In this document: piece by piece, positions 16,634 to 26,049 of the stretch
Position numbering within the stretch: position 1 is the stretch's first letter
Layout: every line of letters starts with the position of its first letter
Assembly: GCF_000018305.1 (NCBI RefSeq)
Contig: NC_009954.1
Span: forward strand, 1,800,001 to 1,832,000
DNA length: 32,000 nucleotides
Source: Caldivirga maquilingensis IC-167
GTDB lineage: Archaea; Thermoproteota; Thermoprotei; Thermoproteales; Thermocladiaceae
Direction of reading: 5' to 3'
Program-made: the position numbers and the translations under genes
The notes under the pieces: generated by a model
Told to the model about the DNA's origin: nothing
Seen by the model: only the letters and a program-made list of their open reading frames with translations
Databases searched by the model: none

Positions 16634-16717
16634 TAAACCTAGTTCTAAGTCTAATGTTTTAAGTCTTACTCTAGGCCAGGTTATTGTTTAAAACTACATA
16701 ATGAAATAATGCTCACG

Positions 16718-17449
16718 CTACTTAATCACCAGGAGAATTGGGTAATGGTCTGAACCCTCGGTATCAAGGATATCGGCGTCAACCACCCTATTGGTTAATT
16801 CACTTGAAACAAGGCAGTAATCAATCCTCATTGCCTTGCCCCTATCCCTATAACTCCTCCACGAGTACTTAATCTCATTAGGGTGAATTAACCTGAAGGT
16901 ATCTGTGAAGCCTTTTCCAATGAATTCACTTAACCACTGCCTCTCCAATGGTGTTAAGCCTGGGTGATTATCATCCCAAAAACTTGAGTCACGCCTAGAG
17001 TACACTGCATTGAAGTCGCCGCAAATGATTACCGGCTTCCTCATCCTTAGTTCTAAGGTAAACTTCTCAATACTCCTATTGAAGACTAGTTTAAATGAGA
17101 GTCTACTAAGGTCATCACCGGCCCTCGGGAAGTAGGCGTTGATTACGTAGAAGTCAGGTAACTCAATTGATATTACCCTGCCCTCATCATCAAAGTCCTT
17201 CACCCCAATCCCCCTAATCACATTAATTGGTTCAACTCTACTTAGCGTTAATACACCACTATACCCCTTCCTCACTGCTGGGAATCCGTAGACATTAAAA
17301 CCCATTGACAGTAAATCCAAGGGTAAGTCACTTGACCTAATTTCCTGAAGCAGAATAATGTCAAAATCATTAAACACCCTTAACGCACCCTTCCTTGATA
17401 TACTCCTAATACCGTTTACGTTCCATGACATTAACCTCACGTGACTCAC
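16718..17449 (-). CDS. xth: Exodeoxyribonuclease III (AP endonuclease, EEP family)
   Basis: SWNVNGIRS, LLQEIR, CGDFNAV, GSDHYPI. Confidence 0.9.
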   Translation of the reverse strand: MSHVRLMSWNVNGIRSISRKGALRVFNDFDIILLQEIRSSDLPLDLLSMGFNVYGFPAVRKGYSGVLTLSRVEPINVIRGIGVKDFDDEGRVISIELPDFYVINAYFPRAGDDLSRLSFKLVFNRSIEKFTLELRMRKPVIICGDFNAVYSRRDSSFWDDNHPGLTPLERQWLSEFIGKGFTDTFRLIHPNEIKYSWRSYRDRGKAMRIDYCLVSSELTNRVVDADILDTEGSDHYPILLVIK

Positions 17450-17616
17450 CCTAAAGGTACTTCAAGCCCTCAGTTTAATTTAATAAGCAATCGCAGTAAC
17501 TATTGCTGGGAATTTAATTATGAACCATCTTTTAACCTAGGCATGGATGCTCTATTAATGGTGAGGTTAACGTTGATTCTTAAGTGGAAAAGATATTTAT
17601 CCCCAGACTGGGGTTC

Positions 17617-18666
17617 ATGAATATGTATTATAGGTTCCCAATCACGAGGCCGAGAAGATTAAGGAGTAGTAGGGTGATTAGGAACATGGTTTCTGAAACC
17701 TCACTGTCGCCTAGTAACTTGGTTTTACCAATCTTCGTTAAGGATGAGGGTTCCATTGAGCAAATAAACTCAATGCCCGGCCAGTACAGGTACCCTATTG
17801 GTGATGAGTTAATTAAGGCTATTAATGATGCTGTGGAATCGGGGGTTAGGGCGTTCCTGCTTTTTGGTGTTACTAAGAGTAAGGATCCCTTAGGCTCATT
17901 AGCCTATGATAAGAATGGGCCTGTGCCTAAGGCATTGAGACTGCTTAAGGAGAATTTCGGAGACTCAATAATACTTATGACTGATGTATGCTTATGCGAT
18001 TACACTGAACATGGGCATTGCGGTGTTGTTGAATATAGGGATCCGGTTCAAGTCACTCAAACCACCAGTCAGCCTAAGTATGTTGTTAATAATGATGCAA
18101 CCATAAGTATTTACGCTAAGATTGCGGTTAATTACGCTGAAGCTGGAGCTAACGTAGTGGCTCCCTCAGGTATGATGGATGGGCAGGTTAAGGCTATTAG
18201 GGAGGCGCTTGATAATAATGGGTTCACTGACGTAATAATAATGAGCTATAGCTCCAAATACGCAAGCACATTCTATGGTCCATTCAGGGAGGCTGCTGAT
18301 AGCGCACCTAGGTTTGGGGATAGGCGTAGTTACCAGATGGATCCCAGAAACGCTTACGAAGCCTTAAAGGAGGTTTCAATGGATCTTGAGGAGGGGGCTG
18401 ATATAGTTATGGTTAAGCCCGCGATGCCTTACCTAGACGTAATTAGGCTAGTTAAGCAGCATTACCCTGAGGTACCCTTAGCGGCTTACCAGGTGAGTGG
18501 TGAGTATTCTATGATTAAGGCCGCTGCATTAAACGGTTGGCTTAATGAAAAGATGGCTGTAATTGAGTCTCTAATAGCCATAAAGAGGGCTGGGGCCAAT
18601 ATAATAATAACCTACTACGCTAAGGAGGCTTCAAGGTGGATTAACGAGGTGGAGAGCATCCTCTAA
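17617..18666 (+). CDS. hemB: Porphobilinogen synthase (delta-aminolevulinate dehydratase), Zn-type
   Basis: RPRRLR, PIFV, Cys-rich Zn site DVCLCDYTEHGHCG, active-site Lys context VKPAMPYLD, YQVSGEY. ATG 17617 is preferred over the track's GTG 17584, because the TATA agatatttat sits at 17591-17600. Confidence 0.9.
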   Translation: MNMYYRFPITRPRRLRSSRVIRNMVSETSLSPSNLVLPIFVKDEGSIEQINSMPGQYRYPIGDELIKAINDAVESGVRAFLLFGVTKSKDPLGSLAYDKNGPVPKALRLLKENFGDSIILMTDVCLCDYTEHGHCGVVEYRDPVQVTQTTSQPKYVVNNDATISIYAKIAVNYAEAGANVVAPSGMMDGQVKAIREALDNNGFTDVIIMSYSSKYASTFYGPFREAADSAPRFGDRRSYQMDPRNAYEALKEVSMDLEEGADIVMVKPAMPYLDVIRLVKQHYPEVPLAAYQVSGEYSMIKAAALNGWLNEKMAVIESLIAIKRAGANIIITYYAKEASRWINEVESIL

Positions 18667-18714
18667 TAATGAGGCTTCACTTAAATTACACTAGTTACAT
18701 TAATTAACCTAAGC

Positions 18715-19551
18715 TTAACTAAGAGTAATAGTGTCAACTGTTTTCCGGCTCTTAACATCAATTATCTTAAGCTCATTCCCTGAAAGGACCATTACCTTAG
18801 GTTTACTTAAACTATAGGGGCCTGAGGATGATGTGAATAATGAAATAACCTTACCATTGTGGAACCTCCAATAACCCTCAGTTATGTAACTATGCCCCCT
18901 CACTATGAGGTCTATGTTATTTCTCCTAGTGAAATTCATTGTAACGTCTGGACCAAATAAGTAGGTTCCAAGCCCTCTAGGGCTGTCCACGAATCCCTTA
19001 ACCTCATCACTTGGGTCATTCCAAAGGATTTGGAATGCCACCGGGTTACTTGGCTCATCATCATGCTTACTTAACTTAAGTATATCATTAATAGTCTCCA
19101 AGCCCTTAGCTAAACCACCGTGCAGTAGCAGTATCCTGTTGTTAAGTAAGGCTGCGTAGGGTAATGCCGGGAATAACTCGTGCATTATGGTGTGCAGTAG
19201 GCTTTGTCCAAGTAATGGTAATGCCTCATCCATGAAGCCGTAGGTTTCATTCATAATGTATGACTCATGATTACCCCTTAACGGTATCATGCTTCCCTGC
19301 AGAAATAACCTAAGAACCCTCTCAAGTGTTTCAACCTGATACTCACCCCTATCCACGTAATCCCCTAAACCAATGTATAGCCAATCACTGGGTGGGTAAT
19401 CATTAATCACCTTCTCTAATGAATCCAAGTCACCATGCAGGTCACCAAGTATAACCACCCTATTTGAATTAACCTTAACCAATGTCTCCAACTCACTTAA
19501 CTTATCCAACACCTTATCCACCAACTCCTTAAAATTACTCCTATTAATCAT
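18715..19551 (-). CDS. Ser/Thr protein phosphatase, PPP family (PP1-arch type metallophosphoesterase)
   Basis: GDLHGD, GDYVDRG, GNHE, LLHGG. Confidence 0.85.
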   Translation of the reverse strand: MINRSNFKELVDKVLDKLSELETLVKVNSNRVVILGDLHGDLDSLEKVINDYPPSDWLYIGLGDYVDRGEYQVETLERVLRLFLQGSMIPLRGNHESYIMNETYGFMDEALPLLGQSLLHTIMHELFPALPYAALLNNRILLLHGGLAKGLETINDILKLSKHDDEPSNPVAFQILWNDPSDEVKGFVDSPRGLGTYLFGPDVTMNFTRRNNIDLIVRGHSYITEGYWRFHNGKVISLFTSSSGPYSLSKPKVMVLSGNELKIIDVKSRKTVDTITLS

Positions 19552-19588
19552 TGTTACTTAGCCTTAATTACGAATCACTTTAATAAGA

Positions 19589-20335
19589 TTACGCGCTTGG
19601 CCTCTGCGGAAGCCCCTCGTTCTTAGCCTCCTCGATTAATTTACTTAACTCATCAATGGTTAGCTTCCTGAATGACTTAGTCTTAGCATCTATTACACCG
19701 ATCTCAAACCTATCTGCATCAAGGCTCTCAGCCACTAGGCTTAATGACTTAATGGTTAACTTAATGCAGGAGTTAATATCCATTTCATACTTGTAGTTCT
19801 TCTCAAGGTACTCAAGGATAAGTGTTGAACCACTCCCTAATGCTGTTGCATAGTAGCCGAAGTATATTCCACTTGGGTCGGTTTGGTAAAGCCTAGGACC
19901 ATTCTTATCAACACCCCCTATTATTAACGCTATACCGAAGGGCCTGACACCACCATGTTGAGTATAGGCTTGCTCAAGGTCGCTAATCCTCTTAGTTATA
20001 TACTCAACGTCAGCCTGCTCATCGTAAAGTAACCTATATACCTGGGCCTGCTCCCTAGCGTAATCTATTAGAATTCTGGCATCTGATAGTAATCCAGCTG
20101 AGGCTGCACCAATATGGGTATCGATCATGTATACCTTCTCTATTGAATTAAGGTCTATTAATGGGCCAAGCTTCCTTTTTTCAGCGGCAAGCACAACACC
20201 ATCAGAGCACTTTAAGCCAACTGTAGCCCAGCCCCTCTTAACAGCTTCACCAGCGTACCTAACCTGGTATAATTCACCCTCCGGGCTAAATATTGTTATA
20301 GCCCGATCATACCCAGCCATCTGTGGACTGAACAT
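19589..20335 (-). CDS. psmA: Proteasome alpha subunit
   Basis: N-terminal YDRAITIFSPEGELYQVRYA signature. 248 aa. Confidence 0.92.
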   Translation of the reverse strand: MFSPQMAGYDRAITIFSPEGELYQVRYAGEAVKRGWATVGLKCSDGVVLAAEKRKLGPLIDLNSIEKVYMIDTHIGAASAGLLSDARILIDYAREQAQVYRLLYDEQADVEYITKRISDLEQAYTQHGGVRPFGIALIIGGVDKNGPRLYQTDPSGIYFGYYATALGSGSTLILEYLEKNYKYEMDINSCIKLTIKSLSLVAESLDADRFEIGVIDAKTKSFRKLTIDELSKLIEEAKNEGLPQRPSA

Positions 20336-20500
20336 ACTAAAGACCTAACTAACCCGTGTTTTTAACCTTTAACTAATAGTTCACTTTAACCTTAATTTAA
20401 CCCCTACCTAGTAACCGTAATGCTAACCCCCGTTTTAATGAACTTGATGACATTACTGCATCATTAGTCAAGGGCTTTATCCATTGGAGTGGAAAGTAAA

Positions 20501-21250
20501 TTATTTTCTAACTACTAAATACCTGGTTAGTACAAGTAATGCTACTGCTGTTAGGATTAGTGAGATTATTGATAGGATTAATGATACGTTGATTAACTCC
20601 ATTTGGCTATAACTCACTGTATTAGCCTCATTAATGGTGGTAGTTGACGTAATGGTGGTCAATAAGGTACTGTAAGATGTCGAGTAGATGGTGCTACTCA
20701 CTGTACTAACCAGTGTAGTGACTGTGGTAATGGTCTTAGTTATGGTTGATGTTTCAGTTACTGTAATAGTCTTATTAACGAATATTGGGGTAACTGATGT
20801 GGTATTTGATGCAGTAACAGTATATATCCTGGTGGTTAATTGAGGTTCAACAGTTATGTTTACGGCTTTCTCATCAACGAGAACCCAGGTTCCATTAAGC
20901 AGGTAATAGAGGCTTATGTTTAACCTATTAACACCAACCTGCATTAAAGATACTGTGAAAACGAACTTAAGTATACCTGGTGCAGTATCTACTGGTAAAC
21001 TCCCAAGTATTAATGATCCATTACTCAACACCACCATTATTGTTGACATACATGAGTTTGGGCTTGTTATAAGGCATGGAGGGGCATACTCAACTAGAAC
21101 TGTTATATTAGTAGGCTGCCCCACCTCCACTGGGCTAGTGTAGTTAACCCCAATTATCTTAACGTAATTCTCATAGTTTCCCTGGGCCAATGAGCAGATT
21201 GACGCCACCAATACTGCAACCACCACACCCACTATTATTCTCCTATCCAT
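20501..21250 (-). CDS. Cell-surface protein: signal peptide, Ig/CARDB-like beta domain, Thr/Ser-rich stalk, C-terminal TM anchor
   Basis: Signal-like N-terminus, multiple sequons (NYT, NIT, NGS, NGT, NIT, NTT, NKT), the run TVTETSTITKTITTVTTLVSTVSSTIYSTSYSTLLTTITSTTTI, and the TM LILSIISLILTAVALLVL followed by RYLVVRK. Confidence 0.6.
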   Translation of the reverse strand: MDRRIIVGVVVAVLVASICSLAQGNYENYVKIIGVNYTSPVEVGQPTNITVLVEYAPPCLITSPNSCMSTIMVVLSNGSLILGSLPVDTAPGILKFVFTVSLMQVGVNRLNISLYYLLNGTWVLVDEKAVNITVEPQLTTRIYTVTASNTTSVTPIFVNKTITVTETSTITKTITTVTTLVSTVSSTIYSTSYSTLLTTITSTTTINEANTVSYSQMELINVSLILSIISLILTAVALLVLTRYLVVRK

Positions 21251-21330
21251 AGCATAAGCTTCGTTAAGCCAATTATTATGCGTTTCGAGAACAATAAGTT
21301 AATAAGGTTTGGATAGAGGAGATTAAAATC

Positions 21331-22386
21331 ATGAGGTATGTTAGGTTCGGTAATAGTGGACTACAGGTTTCGCAGTTATGTCTTGGTTTGTGGCATCTTC
21401 CTCCTTCTAGGGTTAGGGATGAGTATGGTGTTTATAAGGTTGATGAGGAGGAGTCTGTTAGGATAATTAGGAGGGCTATTGACCTGGGTATTAACTTCAT
21501 TGATACAGCCAACGTATACCATGGAACAATGCAAGGGCCGGATTACATCCACGCCGGTAATGCTGAGAGGATACTAGGCAAGGCAATAAAAGGTTATGAT
21601 AGAGAATCACTAGTCATAGCAACAAAAGTTAGGGGAAGGATGGCTCCTTGGCCTAATGGTGAGGGTTTATCTAGGAAGCACATTAGGTGGCAGATTAAGG
21701 AGTCGTTAAGGAGATTGGATACTAGTTACGTGGACATATACTTAATGCATAGGCCTGATCCATCTACACCAATCGAGGAAACCTTAGATACCTTAAAGGA
21801 CTTGGTTAGTCAAGGTCTTGTTAATTATGTTGGTGAAAGCTACTTCCACCCTGAGGATATAGAGTATATTGTTAATTACTCAAGGCAAATTCACCTACCA
21901 TTCATAGCAATGCAGGAGCCGTATAACCTCATTGAGAGGGATATTGAGAAGGATAAGATTCCATTAGCTAGTAAATATGGCTTAGGCATAATGGCCTACA
22001 TTCCCTTAGCCCAAGGTGTATTAACTGGAAAGTACCTTAATGGTATACCTGAAATGTCTAGGGCAGGTTACGTTGATGAGATACGGTGGAGGTATTTAAC
22101 CCCAGAGACATTGAAGGCTATGAGGGAGTTCCATGAATTGGCGATGGAATTAGGGGTTACTGATGCTCAATTAGCGTTGGCTTGGATTTTAAGGAAGTCG
22201 GAGGAAATGGGGGTTACTGTAATTCCAATAATAGGTGCCACAAGCGTAACTCAACTTGAAGACGATGTAGGGAGTATTAATGTTAAGTTAAGTGGCGATG
22301 TGATGAAGAGATTGGATGAGATTTCTAAAATGGCTAAGGTTAATTGGGAGGTTAAGTATGAGAGAGTAGTGAAACTAACTCAATGA
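21331..22386 (+). CDS. Aldo/keto reductase
   Basis: GINFIDTANVY, ATKV, DIYLMHRPD. 351 aa. Confidence 0.88.
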   Translation: MRYVRFGNSGLQVSQLCLGLWHLPPSRVRDEYGVYKVDEEESVRIIRRAIDLGINFIDTANVYHGTMQGPDYIHAGNAERILGKAIKGYDRESLVIATKVRGRMAPWPNGEGLSRKHIRWQIKESLRRLDTSYVDIYLMHRPDPSTPIEETLDTLKDLVSQGLVNYVGESYFHPEDIEYIVNYSRQIHLPFIAMQEPYNLIERDIEKDKIPLASKYGLGIMAYIPLAQGVLTGKYLNGIPEMSRAGYVDEIRWRYLTPETLKAMREFHELAMELGVTDAQLALAWILRKSEEMGVTVIPIIGATSVTQLEDDVGSINVKLSGDVMKRLDEISKMAKVNWEVKYERVVKLTQ

Positions 22387-22739
22387 CCCCGCATTACTTA
22401 ACCATTAAAATACTCCCCCATCCACGAATCAGACCAACCTCCTCCCATCCTAGGGACTAGGGGATGTGGACTATGCAGGGATACTGACACCCATATATAG
22501 ACCAAAGCCCCTTACCCTAATTCCCTGTAAGATGCAGGACTTGCCTTATCTTCGTCATGCCGGGTTCAATTCATCACACAACTCAGAAGCACCCCTACTC
22601 ACTAATCACCACTGGTGTTGGGTATCGGTGTTTTTATTAATTACCCGCATTAATAATGGTAGGAAGTAATACTATGCATAATGAAGCTTACTGGAAGGTA
22701 TAATTTACGTTAATTTGATTTTTAAATGCTCAAGTGACG

Positions 22740-22744
22740 AAAAA
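22740..22744 (-). terminator. Oligo-T terminator of tuf
   Basis: Minus-strand TTTTT begins 7 nt after the TAA stop (22752-22754). This is the archaeal oligo-T termination signal. Confidence 0.5.
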
Positions 22745-22751
22745 CTGCTCA

Positions 22752-24086
22752 TTACCTCTTTATCTCAACTTTAGCTGGTTTAATCTCTATTATTTGCCCA
22801 GCCGCCACGGTTCTACCCATGTCTCTAAGCGAGAACCTGCCTAAGGCAGGTAGGTCTGAGAACCTTTCAACAACCACTGGCTTAAGTGGCTTAAGCCTAA
22901 CCATTGCTACATCACCCCTCTTTATGAATTGAGGCTTCTGCTCAACAGTTTGCCCAGTGGCTGGGTCTAGCCTTGATATTAATTCTATTATTTGGGTTGG
23001 TACAGTGGCTGTGTGAACATGCATTACTGGAGTGTACCCAACGCCTATTGTGGTTGGGTGCTCTAGGACTGCTATTCTCGCCACTATCTCCTCGGCAACT
23101 GTTGGTGGGTTGTTTAGATGACCAACTACATCACCTCTCTTTAAGTCTTGTCTCTCAAAGCCCCTGACGTTAATACCCACGTTATCACCTGCCTTAGCCT
23201 CCTCAAGCTTCATATGGTGTGTTTCAATACTCCTCACGTCACCAACCTTAGCTGGTGGTAACGCTACTATGGTGTCACCAACCTTAACCACACCTGACTC
23301 AACTCTACCGGTTATTACCGTACCAGCACCTGTTATTGAGAATACGTCCTGGATAGGTAGCCTAAGTGGCTTATCAATTGGCCTTGGTGGTGGTTCAATT
23401 GCATCAAGAGCCTCCAGTAGGACTGGACCATTATACCAAGGCATGTTACTGCTCTTAACCTTAATATTATCACCTCTCACTGCGCTTACAGGTATGAAGG
23501 GTACTTTATTAACATCATACCTAAGTATCTTAAGTATCTTACTTAACTCACCCTTTATCTGCTCATACCTCTTTTGATCATAGTTAACAACATCCATCTT
23601 ATTAACGGCAACTATTAGGTTCCTTATACCAAGTGTCCATGCTAGGAATAAGTGCTCCCTTGTCTGTCCCTGTGGACCAACACCAGACTCAAACTCACCT
23701 GGCCTTGCTGAAACAACTAATAATGCGGCATCAGCCTGGCTTGCACCAACTATCATGTTCTTTACGAAGTCCCTATGACCAGGTAGGTCTATTATTGTGA
23801 AGAAGTATTTAGGTGTTTCGAAGCCAACGTGCATGGCCTCAATTGTGACACCTCTCTCCCTCTCCTCCTTAAGCCTATCCATTATCCAGGCGTATTTGAA
23901 GTCCTCCTTACCTAATTTCTTAGCCTCAGCCTCAAGTTCAGCGAATGCCTTCTCATCAACATAACCTGTTTCAAGCAGTAGCCTACCCGTTAATGTTGAC
24001 TTACCATGATCCACATGCCCTATTATAGCTAGGTTTAAGTGGGGCTTCTTCAATGCACTCTCAGTAGGGTTCTTTATTATGCTCAT
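22752..24086 (-). CDS. tuf: Translation elongation factor 1-alpha
   Basis: GHVDHGKST, DLPGHRDF, NKMD, SAVRG. ATG 24086 is preferred (the track starts at TTG 24089). Confidence 0.97.
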   Translation of the reverse strand: MSIIKNPTESALKKPHLNLAIIGHVDHGKSTLTGRLLLETGYVDEKAFAELEAEAKKLGKEDFKYAWIMDRLKEERERGVTIEAMHVGFETPKYFFTIIDLPGHRDFVKNMIVGASQADAALLVVSARPGEFESGVGPQGQTREHLFLAWTLGIRNLIVAVNKMDVVNYDQKRYEQIKGELSKILKILRYDVNKVPFIPVSAVRGDNIKVKSSNMPWYNGPVLLEALDAIEPPPRPIDKPLRLPIQDVFSITGAGTVITGRVESGVVKVGDTIVALPPAKVGDVRSIETHHMKLEEAKAGDNVGINVRGFERQDLKRGDVVGHLNNPPTVAEEIVARIAVLEHPTTIGVGYTPVMHVHTATVPTQIIELISRLDPATGQTVEQKPQFIKRGDVAMVRLKPLKPVVVERFSDLPALGRFSLRDMGRTVAAGQIIEIKPAKVEIKR

Positions 24087-24109
24087 CAATAGAAGCCATT
24101 AATTTACTC

Positions 24110-24117
24110 TTTAAAAA
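24110..24117 (-). promoter_or_regulatory. TATA box of tuf
   Basis: Minus-strand TTTTTAAA 24 nt upstream of ATG 24086. Confidence 0.6.
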
Positions 24118-24284
24118 TTTAACTGAACGGATCCCTAATACACAATGCTTAAGCAGTAAATCCCCACTCATAACTAATAATACCCCACTGAAAGCCTGTC
24201 TACTCCTTATTCTACGTAGTGAGAATTATTAGCATTAAGTGCTTTGCAGCTTTCCTGTTAGCATTAATTAGTAATTCATTAAGG

Positions 24285-25331
24285 TTAAGGTTTAATTAAT
24301 GACTTAACATAGCTTATTAGCCTACTTTTAAAGGCCTCATAGGTGAATAGTATTGAATGTTCCTTAACCCTCATACTGTAGGCGTTAAATAACTCCCCAT
24401 TACTCAGCAGCCTGATTATTGATTCAACAGCCTCATTATTGCTTAAGTACCCTAACCCAAATTCACCATATCCAACTATGTCACTCCATAAGCCACCCGA
24501 CTTATGCACAACAGGCACTACCCCAGCGTACTGGGCCTCAGCTGCAACAAGACCGAAATGCTCATTGATAGCAGTGTGGAGTAGTACCTTGGCTCTACAT
24601 AAGTAATCCCACTTGGTTTCCTCACTGGCATCAAGTATGAATTCAACATGCTTAGCCTGCTCCTTAACAAGCCTAAAGTACTCCTGGTTGTAGGGTAGTC
24701 CAATTACGTAGAATGAGGCCTTAGGGTAATTAGCGTAGACTGCCTCCATTATCTTAACAGCATCTATAATCCTCTTATCAGGGGCTATTCTACCCACAGT
24801 AACCACCATTTCCTCTTTACTCACTGAACCGCATTGATGCGGCATTACTGGGGGATAAAGCACACCGCTTAACCTTGGTCTATAGGGTAATTGATTAAGA
24901 GTCCACTTTGAATTAGCCAGAAGTAGCCTAGGCCCTAGGATAGGTAATACTACTCTATTAAATTCTAGGAGAATTCTCCTCCTAAGCCTATAAGGTGGCA
25001 TGTATGTTCCTGGGTTATTTAAGTAACCTATATCGAATGGCCAAATCATAACATGGTAAACAGTGTTTATTGTTAAATCATAGCCTAAACTCATTATTCC
25101 TGTTATAATGTTTCTACTTAACCCACGTATGGGTAGATTAGGATCATGATCAAAAGCACTTACTATCCTTCGGGCTGGTATATCATTGATCCTGCTGTCT
25201 ATCCCCCCATTGAAGAGTAGGATAACATCCACTGTGAACCCACTTTCACTAAGAGCCTTAACCATGGCGTATGTTACTAATTCTTGTCCACCCCATCTAC
25301 TTAAGGTATCATAGGTTACTGCTACATTCAC
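24285..25331 (-). CDS. Glycosyltransferase, GT-B fold (GT4-like)
   Basis: C-terminal EHFGLVAAEAQYAGVVPVVHKSGG motif (E-x7-E type). 348 aa. GTG start. Confidence 0.8.
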   Translation of the reverse strand: MNVAVTYDTLSRWGGQELVTYAMVKALSESGFTVDVILLFNGGIDSRINDIPARRIVSAFDHDPNLPIRGLSRNIITGIMSLGYDLTINTVYHVMIWPFDIGYLNNPGTYMPPYRLRRRILLEFNRVVLPILGPRLLLANSKWTLNQLPYRPRLSGVLYPPVMPHQCGSVSKEEMVVTVGRIAPDKRIIDAVKIMEAVYANYPKASFYVIGLPYNQEYFRLVKEQAKHVEFILDASEETKWDYLCRAKVLLHTAINEHFGLVAAEAQYAGVVPVVHKSGGLWSDIVGYGEFGLGYLSNNEAVESIIRLLSNGELFNAYSMRVKEHSILFTYEAFKSRLISYVKSLIKP

Positions 25332-25494
25332 CGGCTACTCACTGCACCGGTGGTATTAAGTATTAATAATTCTAGAAGACCCTAACTTGAATCAACAGCT
25401 TAAAGTAGCTGGGGACTTCATAATGCATTGAGCTTCACTTATAATCATTGAAAATGTTTTTAACCAGTTTAATAGATAGCTTACTCTGCTTACC

Positions 25495-26049
25495 ATGAGG
25501 AGTGCTAAGATTCTTAGGGTTAAGAGTGTGGGGGATTTCTACATCATTGAAGATGAATTATCTAGGTTACTTCTCAATGATAAGAGGCCTCTTGACCCGG
25601 ATAAAATAGATCCAATAGAATTAGCTTACTTAATATATATTGGCGACTTTAAGGTTTACGTTGATGGGAGGCAAGTCTCAATAAGTGATGTACTTCATTC
25701 AGGTGATTTAGAGAGATTCATGGTTTACCTGGATTTGAGGAATAGGGGATTGTACGTTAAGCCGGTTAGGGATGGTAAAATAGATATGCTTGTTTGGGAT
25801 AAGAAGAAGAATGCCCTCTCATCAAATCCCCAATACATGATTAAGATACTTGATGAGGGTAGGGGAATTAAAACAACGGAATTACTTGAATTAACTGATT
25901 ACGCTGAAAGGAATAGGATGAAGCTCATATTAGCTCTATTAAGTTCAGAGGGGACGTTAACCTACTATAGGGCGTTTACAATAGAGCCTACTCAAAGGGA
26001 TGCGGAATGGTTGAGGGTGAGGCAGGTTGGTGAGCTTAAGGGACCTTGA
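25495..26049 (+). CDS. tRNA-splicing endonuclease, non-catalytic (structural, beta-type) subunit
   Basis: YLDLRNRGLYVKP and the C-terminal GTLTYYRAF strand are typical of EndA. There is no His anywhere in the C-terminal ~110 aa, where catalytic subunits carry the catalytic His. Confidence 0.65.
   Translation: MRSAKILRVKSVGDFYIIEDELSRLLLNDKRPLDPDKIDPIELAYLIYIGDFKVYVDGRQVSISDVLHSGDLERFMVYLDLRNRGLYVKPVRDGKIDMLVWDKKKNALSSNPQYMIKILDEGRGIKTTELLELTDYAERNRMKLILALLSSEGTLTYYRAFTIEPTQRDAEWLRVRQVGELKGP

Noticed and set aside
20600-20760. Short DNA repeats (taatggtggt and similar) as a tandem repeat or CRISPR-like array
   Set aside because: They are the coding image of the Thr/Ser/Val-rich stalk. The units are irregular and there is no repeat-spacer architecture.
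22559-22572. tRNA T-arm-like sequence gccgggttcaat
   Set aside because: The downstream sequence (tcatcacac) cannot pair to close a T stem, and no acceptor or anticodon arms could be built on either strand.
22540-22620. Candidate C/D box sRNA on the minus strand (GUGAUUA ... CUGA-guugu-GUGAUGA-12 nt-AUGA)
   Set aside because: Only the internal D'/C' pair is canonical. The putative C box has a mismatch, the first spacer is 16 nt rather than ~12, the D position reads AUGA rather than CUGA, and no terminal stem is evident. It is kept only as a note inside the spacer finding.
22466-22669. 67-aa GTG-initiated ORF in the long spacer after the aldo/keto reductase gene
   Set aside because: It has no TATA at the appropriate distance, an odd composition (His/Trp/Cys/Pro-rich) and no recognisable family. 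I treated the region as non-coding.
22387-22751. Possible degraded rps10 or a type-T RNase P/SRP RNA in the spacer
   Set aside because: The minus-strand translation gives only very short ORFs with no S10-like sequence. The G+C content of the spacer is not elevated as expected for structured RNAs of hyperthermophiles, and I could not find the conserved RNase P CR-I/CR-V strings (only a partial AAGUCC on the minus strand).
22973-23577. Plus-strand ORFs of 64 aa and 102 aa
   Set aside because: They are antisense to EF-1alpha, one of the most reliable calls in the window.
24518-24703. 61-aa minus-strand ORF inside the glycosyltransferase gene
   Set aside because: It is an alternative frame of the same strand within a well-supported GT gene and has no start context.
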